A stretch of 64,000 bases of DNA, from positions 2,219 through 66,218 of the forward strand of contig JAPLDJ010000011.1 in assembly GCA_026391805.1 (NCBI GenBank), written 5' to 3'. Shown here in pieces: positions 18,859 through 29,145 of this stretch. This DNA is from Bacteroidota bacterium (lineage in GTDB: Bacteria; Bacteroidota; Bacteroidia; Bacteroidales; FEN-979). Numbering within the stretch: the stretch's first letter is position 1; the number at the start of each line of letters is the position of its first letter. The notes under the pieces are model-generated. The model searched no databases. It was not told the DNA's origin and saw only the letters and a list, made by a program, of their open reading frames with translations. A program made the position numbers and the translations under genes.

Positions 18859-21800
18859 TCAATTACTCGGGTGTTTCCTCAAAAAATCCTGCTTCTTGCG
18901 ATCCGTGGCGATGGTATAGCGGTATCCTTTGACAAGTTTGCCGATGCGTTTCAACTCATTTGAGTTTTTCGTGCCTGCTTCCACTGATTCGTTGAAGGAT
19001 GCGTTGGAGCTGAGCGCCATCAGGATGTTGTTGCGGTAATTGAAGAAATACCACTCACCCTTGATCAGCTCAAAATAGAAGGTAAAATCATCCCCGTTCT
19101 TTTTCTTCGAGAACTCAATGATCCCGTTCACATACTTGTTCACCTGTGTCTTTCCCACGCATCCGATACCGATGTTCCCGTGCGATACCCAGGCCTTGGT
19201 AATCGTATCCCAGCGGAGTTTTACATCGGCCAGGAAAAGGGTCCGGATCAGCTCATCCGGGAATCGCCTGAATTTGCCCACCATCTCCATTTCCGATTTT
19301 GCCTTGTCAAACTCCTTTTTAGTGAGAAGGGTCTTCATGGCCTCAACATAAGGAGATGTCGTAAACACAAGACCGGCCAGGTTTGTAGCCCCCAGCGCCG
19401 TCGTGAATTTGGTCATGGCATCGTCGTTGAAGGGGAAATTGAGTCCGATGGCAACCCGTGCATGCGTCGAGTCGGGAATGACAAAATGATCAAGTGTTCC
19501 ATAGCTTTCCAGCTTCAGGGCGCCGGAATTCAGCACCAGGTTGATCCTGCCACTGCCATGAAGGACGCAGTCGGAGGTGGTTAGTGCCAGTGTATTGCCG
19601 GGAATCGTTGGATCTTTCCTGCGGTCCATCTCCATGATCCGGAATGCCTGGCCCGACGGATCATAATCGATCTTCCCGAGGGATGAGATCATGGTGGAAT
19701 CGCTGTACGATTTCTTTGAAGAGAAGAAGGCCGGGTAGATCCGGTTGGCAGTATTTGAGAACATGATCCCGAGTGCCAGTTTCTGGAAACGGGTATCCCT
19801 CAGCGGATCTTCCAGCGGGATCATCACCTGCATCGGGTTGATGTCGCTCCTGAAGAGCGTCCAGGGCCGGTTTCCGGTAAAACAATCATTCACCGGCTTA
19901 AATCCGCCATCGAAGGTAAGGTTGCGCTGTGATGCCCGCAGATCAATGACGCCCTTGAACTCAAATTCGGGGCTCAGGAAGAACCGGACCGAATCTGCAG
20001 CAGCCCCTTCGGCAACTGTTTCGCCAAGGGTATCCACCGAAATCCTGCTGAAGTTTATCTGTTCCCGCTTGCCTTCGCGGTCGATGTAATCGTAGAGTCC
20101 GTTCCCGGTATATTTTTTCCGTGAAGCGATGTTCAGACTGCAGTTATAGAACCGGTGGAACTTGTTGTTGGTATTGGCAATGATCCCCGCCCGGTTCAGC
20201 TGCTGCATTTTGGCCTCCTTCAGGATGTATACCTTCGACGAATCCGGGAAAATGGCGGCATCCGCAACCCGGATCACTTTGACATCCTCGGCGCTGATGA
20301 TGTTGGTGTTCAGGTCGTATTTCGCCCTCGACGAATAAAACCGCAACGAATCCTGCTGCGGATGGGTAGAGACGAATTCGGTCCCCGGGAATTTATAATT
20401 CACAAGCTTGTCCATGCTCAGGGTATCCGCTATTTCCGCCTGCTTGCTGCGGTCGTTGTAAAGCATGATGGCCCGTTTATCCACAAGCCAGTCGAACCGG
20501 TCCATGGAGCAGATGTACTGGTTGATCGGAAAATCGACCTTTGAGATTCCCTTGCTCGAAATGAACTCGCCCTTGAGGGCGTCAAAATCAAAATGGGTGC
20601 GGTAATTCCGCGTCGAAATGCTGAGGTCGTTAAGGTTCATCGATTTGATGCGGAAGACATCCACAGTCGCATCAAATGTACGGTGCTTGAATTCAAACAT
20701 AAAAGCATCCATTTCTGCATCCCTGATCTTCAGGGTCCCCTGGCCGGTAAGCCCGGCCGGCGTCAGGTTCAGGCTTCCCGACAGAAAAGATTCCTTATTG
20801 TACATCGCAATGTCCTTCCTGACGCTGGAAACTTTCAGGATGTTCCTGTAGGGTTTCCAGAATTCAAAAACAGAATCGCCCTGTACGATGGGACATTCAA
20901 CGCTACCGGCCAGCTCAGAGGTACTGAAGGAACGGGCCATGGTTTTCATCGAATCGGGGTAAAAGATAAAATCATTGGAAAGCGTGGTGGAATTGAGATA
21001 AATGAGCTTCCCGTCACCCCTCAGCCCCTGGTTGCTCATATCGATCTTTGAATAGAAGGTTCCCTTCCCTCCATAGGCAGGCAACCCGTTTTCACCTGTA
21101 TTGGCTGTTATACCGAAGGAATAATCCGGTCGTACCGTGAGCGGTTCACGGATATCCGGAAAGATCCCGCATGAAACAAGGATACCCTTGAACTTAAGGC
21201 TGTCGGTCGGAAATGTACCCATGCTTTTAAGCGTGAACGGGTCGAGGCCGAAAAAGAACTTGTCCTTTTTATAAACCCCGCTCTGCACAATTCGCTTATC
21301 CCAGTTCGCATAAGAAACATTCTTGCTGTTGAAAATGGGATATTCCGGGAACTTTTTCAGTCCCGATTTGTTTTTCGGATCGTCGATCAGCAGGTCACCC
21401 GAGAGGTTGTTGATGTAGGTCCTGACCTTGACCAGCGAGTAGGTCTGTGTTTTCGGATCTTTCTTATGGCTCTTTACGTAAACAGCCATCGAATCGATGT
21501 AAGGGAGGTTGAGCTTGAATTTATTGTATTCGAAGGAGCTCGCCTTGGTGTAATAATCGAAAAGGCCTGCTTCCACCTTCCCCGAGAAGAGGAAATCGCC
21601 ATCCTTCTTCAGAATGACCTGTTCCCTTGCCGGGTAGATATAGACCTGCTGGGAATCGCTGAGAAAGACCTTGGGACAGCCCTGGATCACCAGGTCGAAA
21701 CTGTCGAGGCTGAGGATACCGTTGCTCTTGGACGTCACAGTGGAATTGAAAAAGATCACGTCATAGTCGACCTTCGCATCACGGGCCTTTACATAGTTGA

Positions 21801-23358
21801 TCAGCTTATCCTTGATCCTGCCTGCTTTGTCATCGGGATCGTAGATCAGGAAACCTTTGTAGGAAAGCGTCAGCAGTTGCGCCTCCACCTGTTCCGGTGG
21901 CCGTTGGAAGAACGTCACGATCTGATCGAGTGTGAAGTTCCGTGTTTTGTATTTTTCAGAGAATTTCCGGAGGATGTACAGCGGGTTGAATTCATCAATT
22001 CCCTGCAGCTTATCGTACCGCTGCATCGAGAAATAGTTGGCCGATTCAAACACGGCCCGTCCTTCCTGGTTCGGTCCTTTCATCATCTCGAAGTTCATGC
22101 GCGGCTCGTTCGTCTTCCAGGTCAGCTGTTCGCAATAGATCTCGATCTGGTGCCAGGAATCGTACCAGGGACTGATCAGTGTCACACGTTCATCCTTGGT
22201 CAGCGTCAGTTCCTTCTTTTCATCGATGTACTTCATTGTCAGCACCGGGTTGTAAATGGAATCATTCTCATGGTAAATGGTGATGGAAGCCTTGGCCGAA
22301 TTTATGCGGTCGGTCCGGATGACGAACAGCTTCGAAAAGATCCGGATAAACTCCTTGTTGTTTCTCCTGAACACAAGCCGCGCATTCGCCGCCGAGGTAC
22401 CCGTACCGAGGATCTTGGCGCCTTCCATGGCGAATCCTCCCATGTAGTCTGCATTCTTAAAGATGTTCTTGATCCCGATCGTTTTATCATAGGAATTAAA
22501 GGTCGGATACTGTGCCTTATCCTCTGTAACATTGGCAAGAACCTTATCGCTGTATTTCCCGAACAGCGAAAAAGCAAAGAACTTTTTATTGAAAAACTCG
22601 ACGGAATCGGCCTCGAAATTTGCGAATTTCAGCTGGATCCGGTAATTTTTAAGGTTTGCAAAAACCTTCTCGGGATCGAGACCGGCACGTTGCCAGTCGA
22701 CACGGCCGCCGCTGCCTTTCCAGAGCTGGACAATCGGGAATAGCGTTCCGGTGGTCCTGTAAATCACAAGACTGTCGTTGTTGGAATAACAGACCAGCGT
22801 TGTCTGCTTGAACGTAAGCACCGGTACAGAATCAAACTTAATGTGGTAATCGGGATTGATCACCTTCCACCTGGCCGATGCTGATTTATAGATGAGATTT
22901 TCCCCGAAAAGGTCGATGGATTGCGAAACAAATAAAACGAAATGACGGGTGTATTTCCCCTTGATCAGCCCTTTCAGTGCAGTAAAATATTCAACGAACA
23001 ATTCATCCGGCTGATTGGAATCAATGAAGACATTGAGGGCGGTGATGTAATTGTAGAAGTCGGGATATGGCTTCAGACCCCGTTGAAGCATCATGTTCCC
23101 GATATCGTAAATGCGTTTCTTTTTTGACGGATCGTATTTCTCTGCATTCCATTTCTGGATGAAATCCTTCATCAGGGTTTCACTCATCTTCTCCTCATTG
23201 GCTACGAGGGGAAGAAAGATGGTATTCAGTTCGCCGATAAATTTGGTAGAATCGCCGGAAAAGCGCGTGATCTTCTGAGCACCGGTAAAATCTGAGAACA
23301 GTAAGAGGAAGACCGGTATCAATAGAAAAAGGGCCGGCCTGTAAAAATGTTTCATCAT
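18859..23358 (-). CDS. Large (~1500 aa) secreted beta-rich hypothetical protein
   Basis: Long ORF with signal peptide; ATGA overlap with the prmA stop. Confidence 0.85.
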   Translation of the reverse strand: MMKHFYRPALFLLIPVFLLLFSDFTGAQKITRFSGDSTKFIGELNTIFLPLVANEEKMSETLMKDFIQKWNAEKYDPSKKKRIYDIGNMMLQRGLKPYPDFYNYITALNVFIDSNQPDELFVEYFTALKGLIKGKYTRHFVLFVSQSIDLFGENLIYKSASARWKVINPDYHIKFDSVPVLTFKQTTLVCYSNNDSLVIYRTTGTLFPIVQLWKGSGGRVDWQRAGLDPEKVFANLKNYRIQLKFANFEADSVEFFNKKFFAFSLFGKYSDKVLANVTEDKAQYPTFNSYDKTIGIKNIFKNADYMGGFAMEGAKILGTGTSAANARLVFRRNNKEFIRIFSKLFVIRTDRINSAKASITIYHENDSIYNPVLTMKYIDEKKELTLTKDERVTLISPWYDSWHQIEIYCEQLTWKTNEPRMNFEMMKGPNQEGRAVFESANYFSMQRYDKLQGIDEFNPLYILRKFSEKYKTRNFTLDQIVTFFQRPPEQVEAQLLTLSYKGFLIYDPDDKAGRIKDKLINYVKARDAKVDYDVIFFNSTVTSKSNGILSLDSFDLVIQGCPKVFLSDSQQVYIYPAREQVILKKDGDFLFSGKVEAGLFDYYTKASSFEYNKFKLNLPYIDSMAVYVKSHKKDPKTQTYSLVKVRTYINNLSGDLLIDDPKNKSGLKKFPEYPIFNSKNVSYANWDKRIVQSGVYKKDKFFFGLDPFTLKSMGTFPTDSLKFKGILVSCGIFPDIREPLTVRPDYSFGITANTGENGLPAYGGKGTFYSKIDMSNQGLRGDGKLIYLNSTTLSNDFIFYPDSMKTMARSFSTSELAGSVECPIVQGDSVFEFWKPYRNILKVSSVRKDIAMYNKESFLSGSLNLTPAGLTGQGTLKIRDAEMDAFMFEFKHRTFDATVDVFRIKSMNLNDLSISTRNYRTHFDFDALKGEFISSKGISKVDFPINQYICSMDRFDWLVDKRAIMLYNDRSKQAEIADTLSMDKLVNYKFPGTEFVSTHPQQDSLRFYSSRAKYDLNTNIISAEDVKVIRVADAAIFPDSSKVYILKEAKMQQLNRAGIIANTNNKFHRFYNCSLNIASRKKYTGNGLYDYIDREGKREQINFSRISVDTLGETVAEGAAADSVRFFLSPEFEFKGVIDLRASQRNLTFDGGFKPVNDCFTGNRPWTLFRSDINPMQVMIPLEDPLRDTRFQKLALGIMFSNTANRIYPAFFSSKKSYSDSTMISSLGKIDYDPSGQAFRIMEMDRRKDPTIPGNTLALTTSDCVLHGSGRINLVLNSGALKLESYGTLDHFVIPDSTHARVAIGLNFPFNDDAMTKFTTALGATNLAGLVFTTSPYVEAMKTLLTKKEFDKAKSEMEMVGKFRRFPDELIRTLFLADVKLRWDTITKAWVSHGNIGIGCVGKTQVNKYVNGIIEFSKKKNGDDFTFYFELIKGEWYFFNYRNNILMALSSNASFNESVEAGTKNSNELKRIGKLVKGYRYTIATDRKKQDFLRKHPSN

Positions 23359-24164
23359 TTTATAAATCGGGCGGCGACCCACCGGTTTTTCATCCTGGAA
23401 TGATCGAATCTGAACGAATGAAGCGCTGCCGCTTCACGGATCATCTCCAGGTCTTCCTCATAGAACCCGCTCATGAGCAGTTCTCCCGTTCTTATCTTCT
23501 TTGAATATTCTGGAATGTGCTGAAGGAGTACATTCCTGTTGATGTTAGCCAGGATGACATCGTATTCCTCACCGGCCGCATCCACATCTCCGATTTTGAC
23601 AGTTATTCCTGAACTGTTGTTTTTAACAATATTTTCAGATGAATTGTCAAAGGCCCAGCTGTCGTTGTCGATGGCCATCACATCCGCGGTACCCATCTTG
23701 TCCGCAAGAATGGCCAGGATACCTGTCCCGCAACCCATATCCAGCAAATGTTTTCCCTTCAGATCCATTTCCAGCATCTCTTCGATCATCATGGCGGTGG
23801 TTTCGTGGTGGGCCGTACCGAACGACATTTTCGGCTCGATGATGATCTCGTAAGGAAATTCAGGTTTTGGTGAATGGAATGGCGCGCGGATAGAACATTT
23901 CCCGGCAATGACCACAGGCTCGAAATTCTTCTCCCATTCTGTATTCCAGTTCTGGTCGGGGATGTGCTCTTCGGTGAATTCAACCTTTAAATCCCTGCAA
24001 AGCTGCAATGTTTGTTCACGGTCATAGAGCGGCGCCTGCACATAGGCCAGCAGCTCTGTTTCGTTTTCCGAAAAGCTTTCAAAGCCTGCTTCCGCCATCA
24101 GGGAAACCAGGATCTCCCGGGTCTCTTCCGGGATATGAGGAATGCAGATTTCGAAATAATCCAT
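23355..24164 (-). CDS. prmA: Ribosomal protein L11 methyltransferase
   Basis: IEPKMSFGTAHHETT, LDMGCGTGIL, ILANIN. Confidence 0.95.
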   Translation of the reverse strand: MDYFEICIPHIPEETREILVSLMAEAGFESFSENETELLAYVQAPLYDREQTLQLCRDLKVEFTEEHIPDQNWNTEWEKNFEPVVIAGKCSIRAPFHSPKPEFPYEIIIEPKMSFGTAHHETTAMMIEEMLEMDLKGKHLLDMGCGTGILAILADKMGTADVMAIDNDSWAFDNSSENIVKNNSSGITVKIGDVDAAGEEYDVILANINRNVLLQHIPEYSKKIRTGELLMSGFYEEDLEMIREAAALHSFRFDHSRMKNRWVAARFIK

Positions 24165-24165
24165 C

Positions 24166-24924
24166 TCAGAAAGAAGTTACGATCTTAAGGAATTCATCGG
24201 CTTTCAGTGATGCCCCGCCGATCAGTCCGCCATCGACATCGGGTTGGGAAAAGAGTTCGCGTGCATTGGCCGAAGTACAGCTTCCTCCGTAAAGGATACT
24301 GGTTTCTTCAGCAAGTGCGGGATCATACGCTTTTGATATCAGCCCACGGATGTAGGCATGCATCTCCTGCGCCTGCGCGGGTGTGGCATTGACACCCGTA
24401 CCGATGGCCCAAACAGGTTCATAGGCAATGACAACCTGCCGCAACTGTTCGGCGTTAAGGTGAAAGAGCGATTCGTCGAGCTGCCGTTTGACCACTTCAA
24501 AATGCTTCCCTGCCTCCCTTTCCGGCAAAACCTCGCCGCAGCAGAAGATCGGCCGGATGTTGCTGCGCAGCGCGGCATCCACCTTTTTCGCCAGCAATTC
24601 ATGTCCTTCCCCGAAGTATTTTCTCCGTTCAGAATGACCAATGATGCAGAATTCGACATCCATCGATTCGAGCATGGGACCAGAGATCTCACCGGTATAA
24701 GCGCCGCTGTCGTTCTCATTGATGTTCTGGGCACCCACGCTGAACACCGAGTCTTCCCCGATGTCGGTGGCCATTTCCAGGTAGACATAGGGAGGACAGA
24801 GGATCACGTCCTGATGTCCGGTATCCATCACTTCCAGCTTATCAGCGATCTCGGCAACAAGATCTTCGGCCTCGCCGAAGGTCTTGTTCATTTTCCAGTT
24901 TCCTGCAACAATTTTTCTTCTCAT
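24166..24924 (-). CDS. tpiA: Triosephosphate isomerase
   Basis: AGNWKMN, GHSERR, AYEPVWAIGTG, YGGS, GGASL. Confidence 0.98.
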   Translation of the reverse strand: MRRKIVAGNWKMNKTFGEAEDLVAEIADKLEVMDTGHQDVILCPPYVYLEMATDIGEDSVFSVGAQNINENDSGAYTGEISGPMLESMDVEFCIIGHSERRKYFGEGHELLAKKVDAALRSNIRPIFCCGEVLPEREAGKHFEVVKRQLDESLFHLNAEQLRQVVIAYEPVWAIGTGVNATPAQAQEMHAYIRGLISKAYDPALAEETSILYGGSCTSANARELFSQPDVDGGLIGGASLKADEFLKIVTSF

Positions 24925-24993
24925 GATACAAAAATAATGAACCCCACCGGAGTTCGGTGAATATACCATAAATAAACTCTGACCAGGCAGAAA

Positions 24994-26076
24994 TTATTGC
25001 ACCCTGACCCTCGGATCCAGCATGCCGTAAATGATATCGACCAGGATGTTGATAATGACCAGGATGATGGATATGAACAGCACTGCTCCCATCAGTACGG
25101 GGAAGTCATATTTTTCGAGGGCGTTGACGATGACCAGGCCGATGCCTTTCCAGTCGAAAATGTACTCGATGAAAACGGCACCCGCCAGCAGAGAAGCCAG
25201 CCAGCCCGACATAGCGGTGACAATGGGATTCATTGCATTCTTCAGCGCATGCCGCATCAGGATACGGAAATTGCTTAATCCCTTGGCCTTCGCCGTGCGG
25301 ATGTAGTCCTGCGAAAGTACCTCCAGCAGGGAATTCCGCGTCAGTTCAACAACGATCGCCAGGGGGCGGATACCCAGCGTAATGGCAGGCAGGATCAGGT
25401 TTTTCAGGTCAAGGTATTCGCCGCGGCCGAAATCATCCACGGAAAAGAGGCTGCCGGTCATGTTCAGACCGGTATATCTTCCCAGCAGAAAAGCAAAGAT
25501 CCAGGCCATCAGGATCGCCGCGAAGAAAGATGGCAATGACATGCCGAGCACGGAAAAGACCAGCGATGCCCGGTCGATGAAGCTGTTTTTCTTCACTGCA
25601 CAGATGATCCCGATGATGATCCCGAAAAAGATGGCAAAGGCCATCGCGACAACAGCCAGTATAATGGTATTGACAAACCCTTCCATAAGGATCTCCCCGA
25701 CCTGTTTCTTCGATTGGTAGGATCTTCGCAGGTAAGGTTCTTTCAGGACGAGGACCGAGCTTTTCGAGACCGGGATCAGCTTTATGAATGCGGTATATTT
25801 CTGCGGATCAAGGTACCAGTAGCTTTCCGGATTCTTTGCATTGTGAATGGAAAGCGGCGAAAGGTCATTCAGGTAGTTGAAGAACTGCGTCAGGACCGGC
25901 TTGTCCCTTCCCAGGTCTTTGTTGATCGCTTCCACCGAGGCAATGTCAGCCCGCTGGCCGAGCATCATCCGTGCAGGATCGCCGGGCAGGATGTTGAAGA
26001 GGAAGAAATTGATAACGATCACCCCGATCAGCACGAGAAACCCGTAAAATATACGTTTCAGAAGAAACTGTCCCAT
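24994..26076 (-). CDS. ABC transporter permease (DppB/OppB-like)
   Basis: PGDPA, DYIRTAKAKGL...HALKNA, DIIYGMLDPR. Confidence 0.93.
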   Translation of the reverse strand: MGQFLLKRIFYGFLVLIGVIVINFFLFNILPGDPARMMLGQRADIASVEAINKDLGRDKPVLTQFFNYLNDLSPLSIHNAKNPESYWYLDPQKYTAFIKLIPVSKSSVLVLKEPYLRRSYQSKKQVGEILMEGFVNTIILAVVAMAFAIFFGIIIGIICAVKKNSFIDRASLVFSVLGMSLPSFFAAILMAWIFAFLLGRYTGLNMTGSLFSVDDFGRGEYLDLKNLILPAITLGIRPLAIVVELTRNSLLEVLSQDYIRTAKAKGLSNFRILMRHALKNAMNPIVTAMSGWLASLLAGAVFIEYIFDWKGIGLVIVNALEKYDFPVLMGAVLFISIILVIINILVDIIYGMLDPRVRVQ

Positions 26077-26105
26077 GATGATCCTCTTAAATCAAGTCAA
26101 GCCTG

Positions 26106-27212
26106 TTATGGTTTCCTGAATTTTTCCATCGCCTCCGCATAAGAGGGGAAATCCCGGAACGGCCATTTGGCCAGCACGATCCCGTCGCGGATCAGAAGAA
26201 GCCCCGGATTTGACCGTACCATCGTTTTCAGCACTACATCATCAGCATTGTAAAAGCTGAATGCTACCCCGTTTGCCATCCTGAATTTTGCGATCTCATC
26301 CTGCAGCGAACTGGTAAGGCAGATGAATGAATAGCCATCGGCCTCTGCGCTCTTTGCGAAAGGCAATATCCTGTGAAAAGCAGCCGTATCGGTTTTTGAA
26401 AGATCATAGGCCACCAGGATGAAGTGAAAGTCGGGGTTATCGACAATGGAAGCGGTGATATCGGATCCCTTTTCATCTTCCACCCTTAACGACATGACCT
26501 GGCCCTTTTCAGGATCTTCAGACCGCTGGCTCTTGAATTTCCATTGCGACATCCAGACAGAATCATTCCATGGATAGTTGGGTGTAAGGTATTCCTTCTC
26601 CTCTCCCGTTGTTTTGTTCACATACGTTACAAAGAATTTCAGCGGTTTTGTGGGCTTGTTGATCTTTTTCCCGGCCCTGAATTCCATAAAGTCGATGAAC
26701 GGAAGGTGGCGGTAGCAGTAAACAGAAGTTCCGGCAAAGAGCAGGAAAAAGATCAGCAGGAAGATCTTCTGCGCCTTCACCGGCGCCCAGCCTTTGAACT
26801 TCATTCTTCCTGCAAAAACAGGGATGACAAATATAAATAAGATGATGTTCTTGAGGAAGGTCTGCAGGTTGGTCAGTTTTATGGCATCGCCGAAGCAGCC
26901 ACAATCGGGAACGAGGTTGTAAAAGGCATCAAAAAAGGTAAGGACGGTAAAGAAGATCATCATGGCCAGCAGGGCCCAGGCGGATACCCTGATCCAGATG
27001 TTCAGCAACAGGCTGATCCCGATGACGAATTCCAGGGCACAGAGGAAAATCGTGAGGTAAAGTGCGAAAGGCGCTGCCCATGGCATGCCGAAGACCTGGA
27101 AATAATCTCCCAGGCGGTAGGAAAATCCGAGCGGATCAATCCCTTTGACAAAACCGGAGAAAATAAAAACAAGTCCTACGAGGATTCGGCTGACGATGCG
27201 GAAGATTTTCAT
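26106..27212 (-). CDS. DoxX/MauE-like membrane protein (BT_3928 type)
   Basis: FSGFVKGIDPLG, DCGCFGDA, VRSNPGL. Confidence 0.85.
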   Translation of the reverse strand: MKIFRIVSRILVGLVFIFSGFVKGIDPLGFSYRLGDYFQVFGMPWAAPFALYLTIFLCALEFVIGISLLLNIWIRVSAWALLAMMIFFTVLTFFDAFYNLVPDCGCFGDAIKLTNLQTFLKNIILFIFVIPVFAGRMKFKGWAPVKAQKIFLLIFFLLFAGTSVYCYRHLPFIDFMEFRAGKKINKPTKPLKFFVTYVNKTTGEEKEYLTPNYPWNDSVWMSQWKFKSQRSEDPEKGQVMSLRVEDEKGSDITASIVDNPDFHFILVAYDLSKTDTAAFHRILPFAKSAEADGYSFICLTSSLQDEIAKFRMANGVAFSFYNADDVVLKTMVRSNPGLLLIRDGIVLAKWPFRDFPSYAEAMEKFRKP

Positions 27213-27266
27213 GGTAAGATTATAGAGTGTTTGCTGGATTCTTCATTCATGGAAGCTGCCCCGGCT

Positions 27267-27815
27267 TCATCCTTCCCCCAGTTTGATCAGTGCAAAAATT
27301 GAGTAATTGATGATGTCCTGGTACCCTGCGTCAATCCCTTCGGAGATGAAGGTTTTGCCCATGTTGTCCTCGATCTGCTTGATGCGCATCAGCTTCATCA
27401 GGATGATGTCGGTGAGCGAACCCAGGCGCATATCACGCCAGATCTCGTTGTAATCATGATTCTTGTTCAGCATGAGGTCCCTCGTGGCATAAATGTGCTT
27501 GTTGAATAGTTTTTCACCTTCTTCCGGGGTGAGGTTCAGGTCGCCTTCTTCACCGACTTCCATCTGGATCAGTGCGATGACGGAATAATTCACCATGCCG
27601 ATGTATTCAGGAATAACCCCTTCATCCACCTTGCGCGTTCCTTTTGATTCGATGCTGCGGATGCGGTTGGCCTTGATCATGATCTGGTCGGTGAGCGACG
27701 GGATCCTGAGGATCCGCCAGGAACTGCCGTAATCCTTCATCTTTGTAAGAAAGATCTCCCGGCATTTCCCGATGACCAATTCAAATTGCTGTTCCGTTTT
27801 GCCTGTCTCGCTCAT
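27267..27815 (-). CDS. DUF1599 domain protein
   Basis: Duplicated K..DYG..WR / KNHDY..WR motifs; usual position divergent from folP. Confidence 0.85.
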   Translation of the reverse strand: MSETGKTEQQFELVIGKCREIFLTKMKDYGSSWRILRIPSLTDQIMIKANRIRSIESKGTRKVDEGVIPEYIGMVNYSVIALIQMEVGEEGDLNLTPEEGEKLFNKHIYATRDLMLNKNHDYNEIWRDMRLGSLTDIILMKLMRIKQIEDNMGKTFISEGIDAGYQDIINYSIFALIKLGEG

Positions 27816-27919
27816 ATCGTCCGCAGTAGTCTGATTTTATCGGCTAAAGGTAAGAACTATTTGAATTTTGATCGTACTTTTGATTTTTCTTTTTTTAATT
27901 TAATGGTGTTGAAAAAGAT

Positions 27920-28126
27920 GAGGTCTGAGGACAGATGTCAGAGGTCGGAAGATGGAGGATGGAGGATAGAGAATGGATTCTGTGACTTAATCTGTGTAAT
28001 CCCTGCCTGCGGCGGGCAGGTGTGAAATCTGTGGTGAAAAAAGAATTACACGAAATTCCACGAAGAAGACACAAAGAACACGAAAAACAAGATAAAAAAC
28101 TCCTTTATGAACTTTACAAACTTTCT
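27920..28126 (+). repeat. Composite repeat mosaic upstream of folP (GAGGTCG-like 7-mers, type A with palindrome at 28002-28020, type B, AACTTTA)
   Basis: Shares long segments with the reverse complement of 32084-32217. Confidence 0.85.
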
Positions 28127-28129
28127 ACT

Positions 28130-28960
28130 TTGCCTTCATTCGAATTAAACTGTTCAGGTAAAATTCTTAGTCTGAGAAAGCCGGTAGTGATGGGGATCCT
28201 GAACATCACGCCAGACTCATTTTACGACGGGGGTGCATTCACCTTGCCTGTCGAACAATTGAAGCAGGTTGAGAAGATGATCGGTGAGGGTGCATCCATC
28301 ATTGATATCGGGGCCACATCCACCCGCCCGGGAGCTGATCTGCTGAGTGAGAAAGAAGAGTTGGGTCGTCTCATCCCCTGCCTGACAGCTGTAAAAAGTC
28401 ATTTTGCCGAAGTCATTATTTCTGTTGACACATTCCGTTCACCTGTTGCAAAAGCAGCCATCGACCATGGGGCATCCATGATCAACGATATCTGCGGCGG
28501 ACGGTTCGACGGGGAAATGTTTGAACTGGTCGCCGGAAAAAACATCCCCTACATCATGATGCACATGCAGGGCATGCCCGACACGATGCAGATGAACCCT
28601 CATTATACAGATCTTATCGGAGAGATCCATGAATTCTTCCGTACCAGGCTTGCATTAATGCCGCAAGGATTCAGCCAGGTGATCCTCGATCCGGGATTCG
28701 GTTTCGGCAAGACCGTGGAGGACAATTTCCGGCTTCTGAACCATTTCGAATCCTTCTATGAATTTGGTTATCCCTTGCTTGCCGGACTTTCCCGGAAATC
28801 GATGATCAACCGGGTGCTGAAGATAAAACCTTCGGAAGCCCTGAACGGGACCAACGTTCTGAATACGGTCGCTCTGCTTAAGGGGGCGAACATCCTCAGG
28901 GTGCATGATGTTAAGGAAGCAGTGGAAGCGATAAATCTAATACATGCAATGAGAGAATGA
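28130..28960 (+). CDS. folP: Dihydropteroate synthase
   Basis: MGILNITPDSFYDGG, ISVDTF, LDPGFGFGK, GLSRKS, RVHDV; TTG start at 28130 assumed because the longer N-terminus is repeat-derived. Confidence 0.95.
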   Translation: MPSFELNCSGKILSLRKPVVMGILNITPDSFYDGGAFTLPVEQLKQVEKMIGEGASIIDIGATSTRPGADLLSEKEELGRLIPCLTAVKSHFAEVIISVDTFRSPVAKAAIDHGASMINDICGGRFDGEMFELVAGKNIPYIMMHMQGMPDTMQMNPHYTDLIGEIHEFFRTRLALMPQGFSQVILDPGFGFGKTVEDNFRLLNHFESFYEFGYPLLAGLSRKSMINRVLKIKPSEALNGTNVLNTVALLKGANILRVHDVKEAVEAINLIHAMRE

Positions 28961-28967
28961 TTCTGGA

Positions 28968-29060
28968 ATTTTCTGTGTTTAATCCGTGTAAATCTGTGTA
29001 AATCTGCGGTGAATTTATTATTACACGAAAATCCACGAAGAAGACACGAAAATCCACGAA
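28968..29060 (+). repeat. Left arm of the 93-bp inverted repeat bracketing cdaA
   Basis: First 83 bp are identical to the reverse complement of the right arm; 2 mismatches in 93 bp. Confidence 0.93.
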
Positions 29061-29145
29061 AACTTTAACAGCAACAGCTGAAAAGCAAATAGCGATAGTA
29101 TCGTTTCTTTTGGTTAATTTTGCCTCGTTCTCATAACTACACCTT

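Noticed and set aside
21466-22743. 425-aa plus-strand ORF
   Set aside because: Antisense shadow of the 1500-aa gene, with no recognisable motifs.
24936-24966. ATGAACCCCACCGGAGTTCGGTG hairpin upstream of tpiA as an IS200/IS605 end
   Set aside because: Single short instance with only partial similarity to other repeats; not enough support.
28022-28129. N-terminal extension of FolP (likewise 10740-10850 and 41196-41273)
   Set aside because: In-frame read-through of repeat modules; the true starts are probably downstream.
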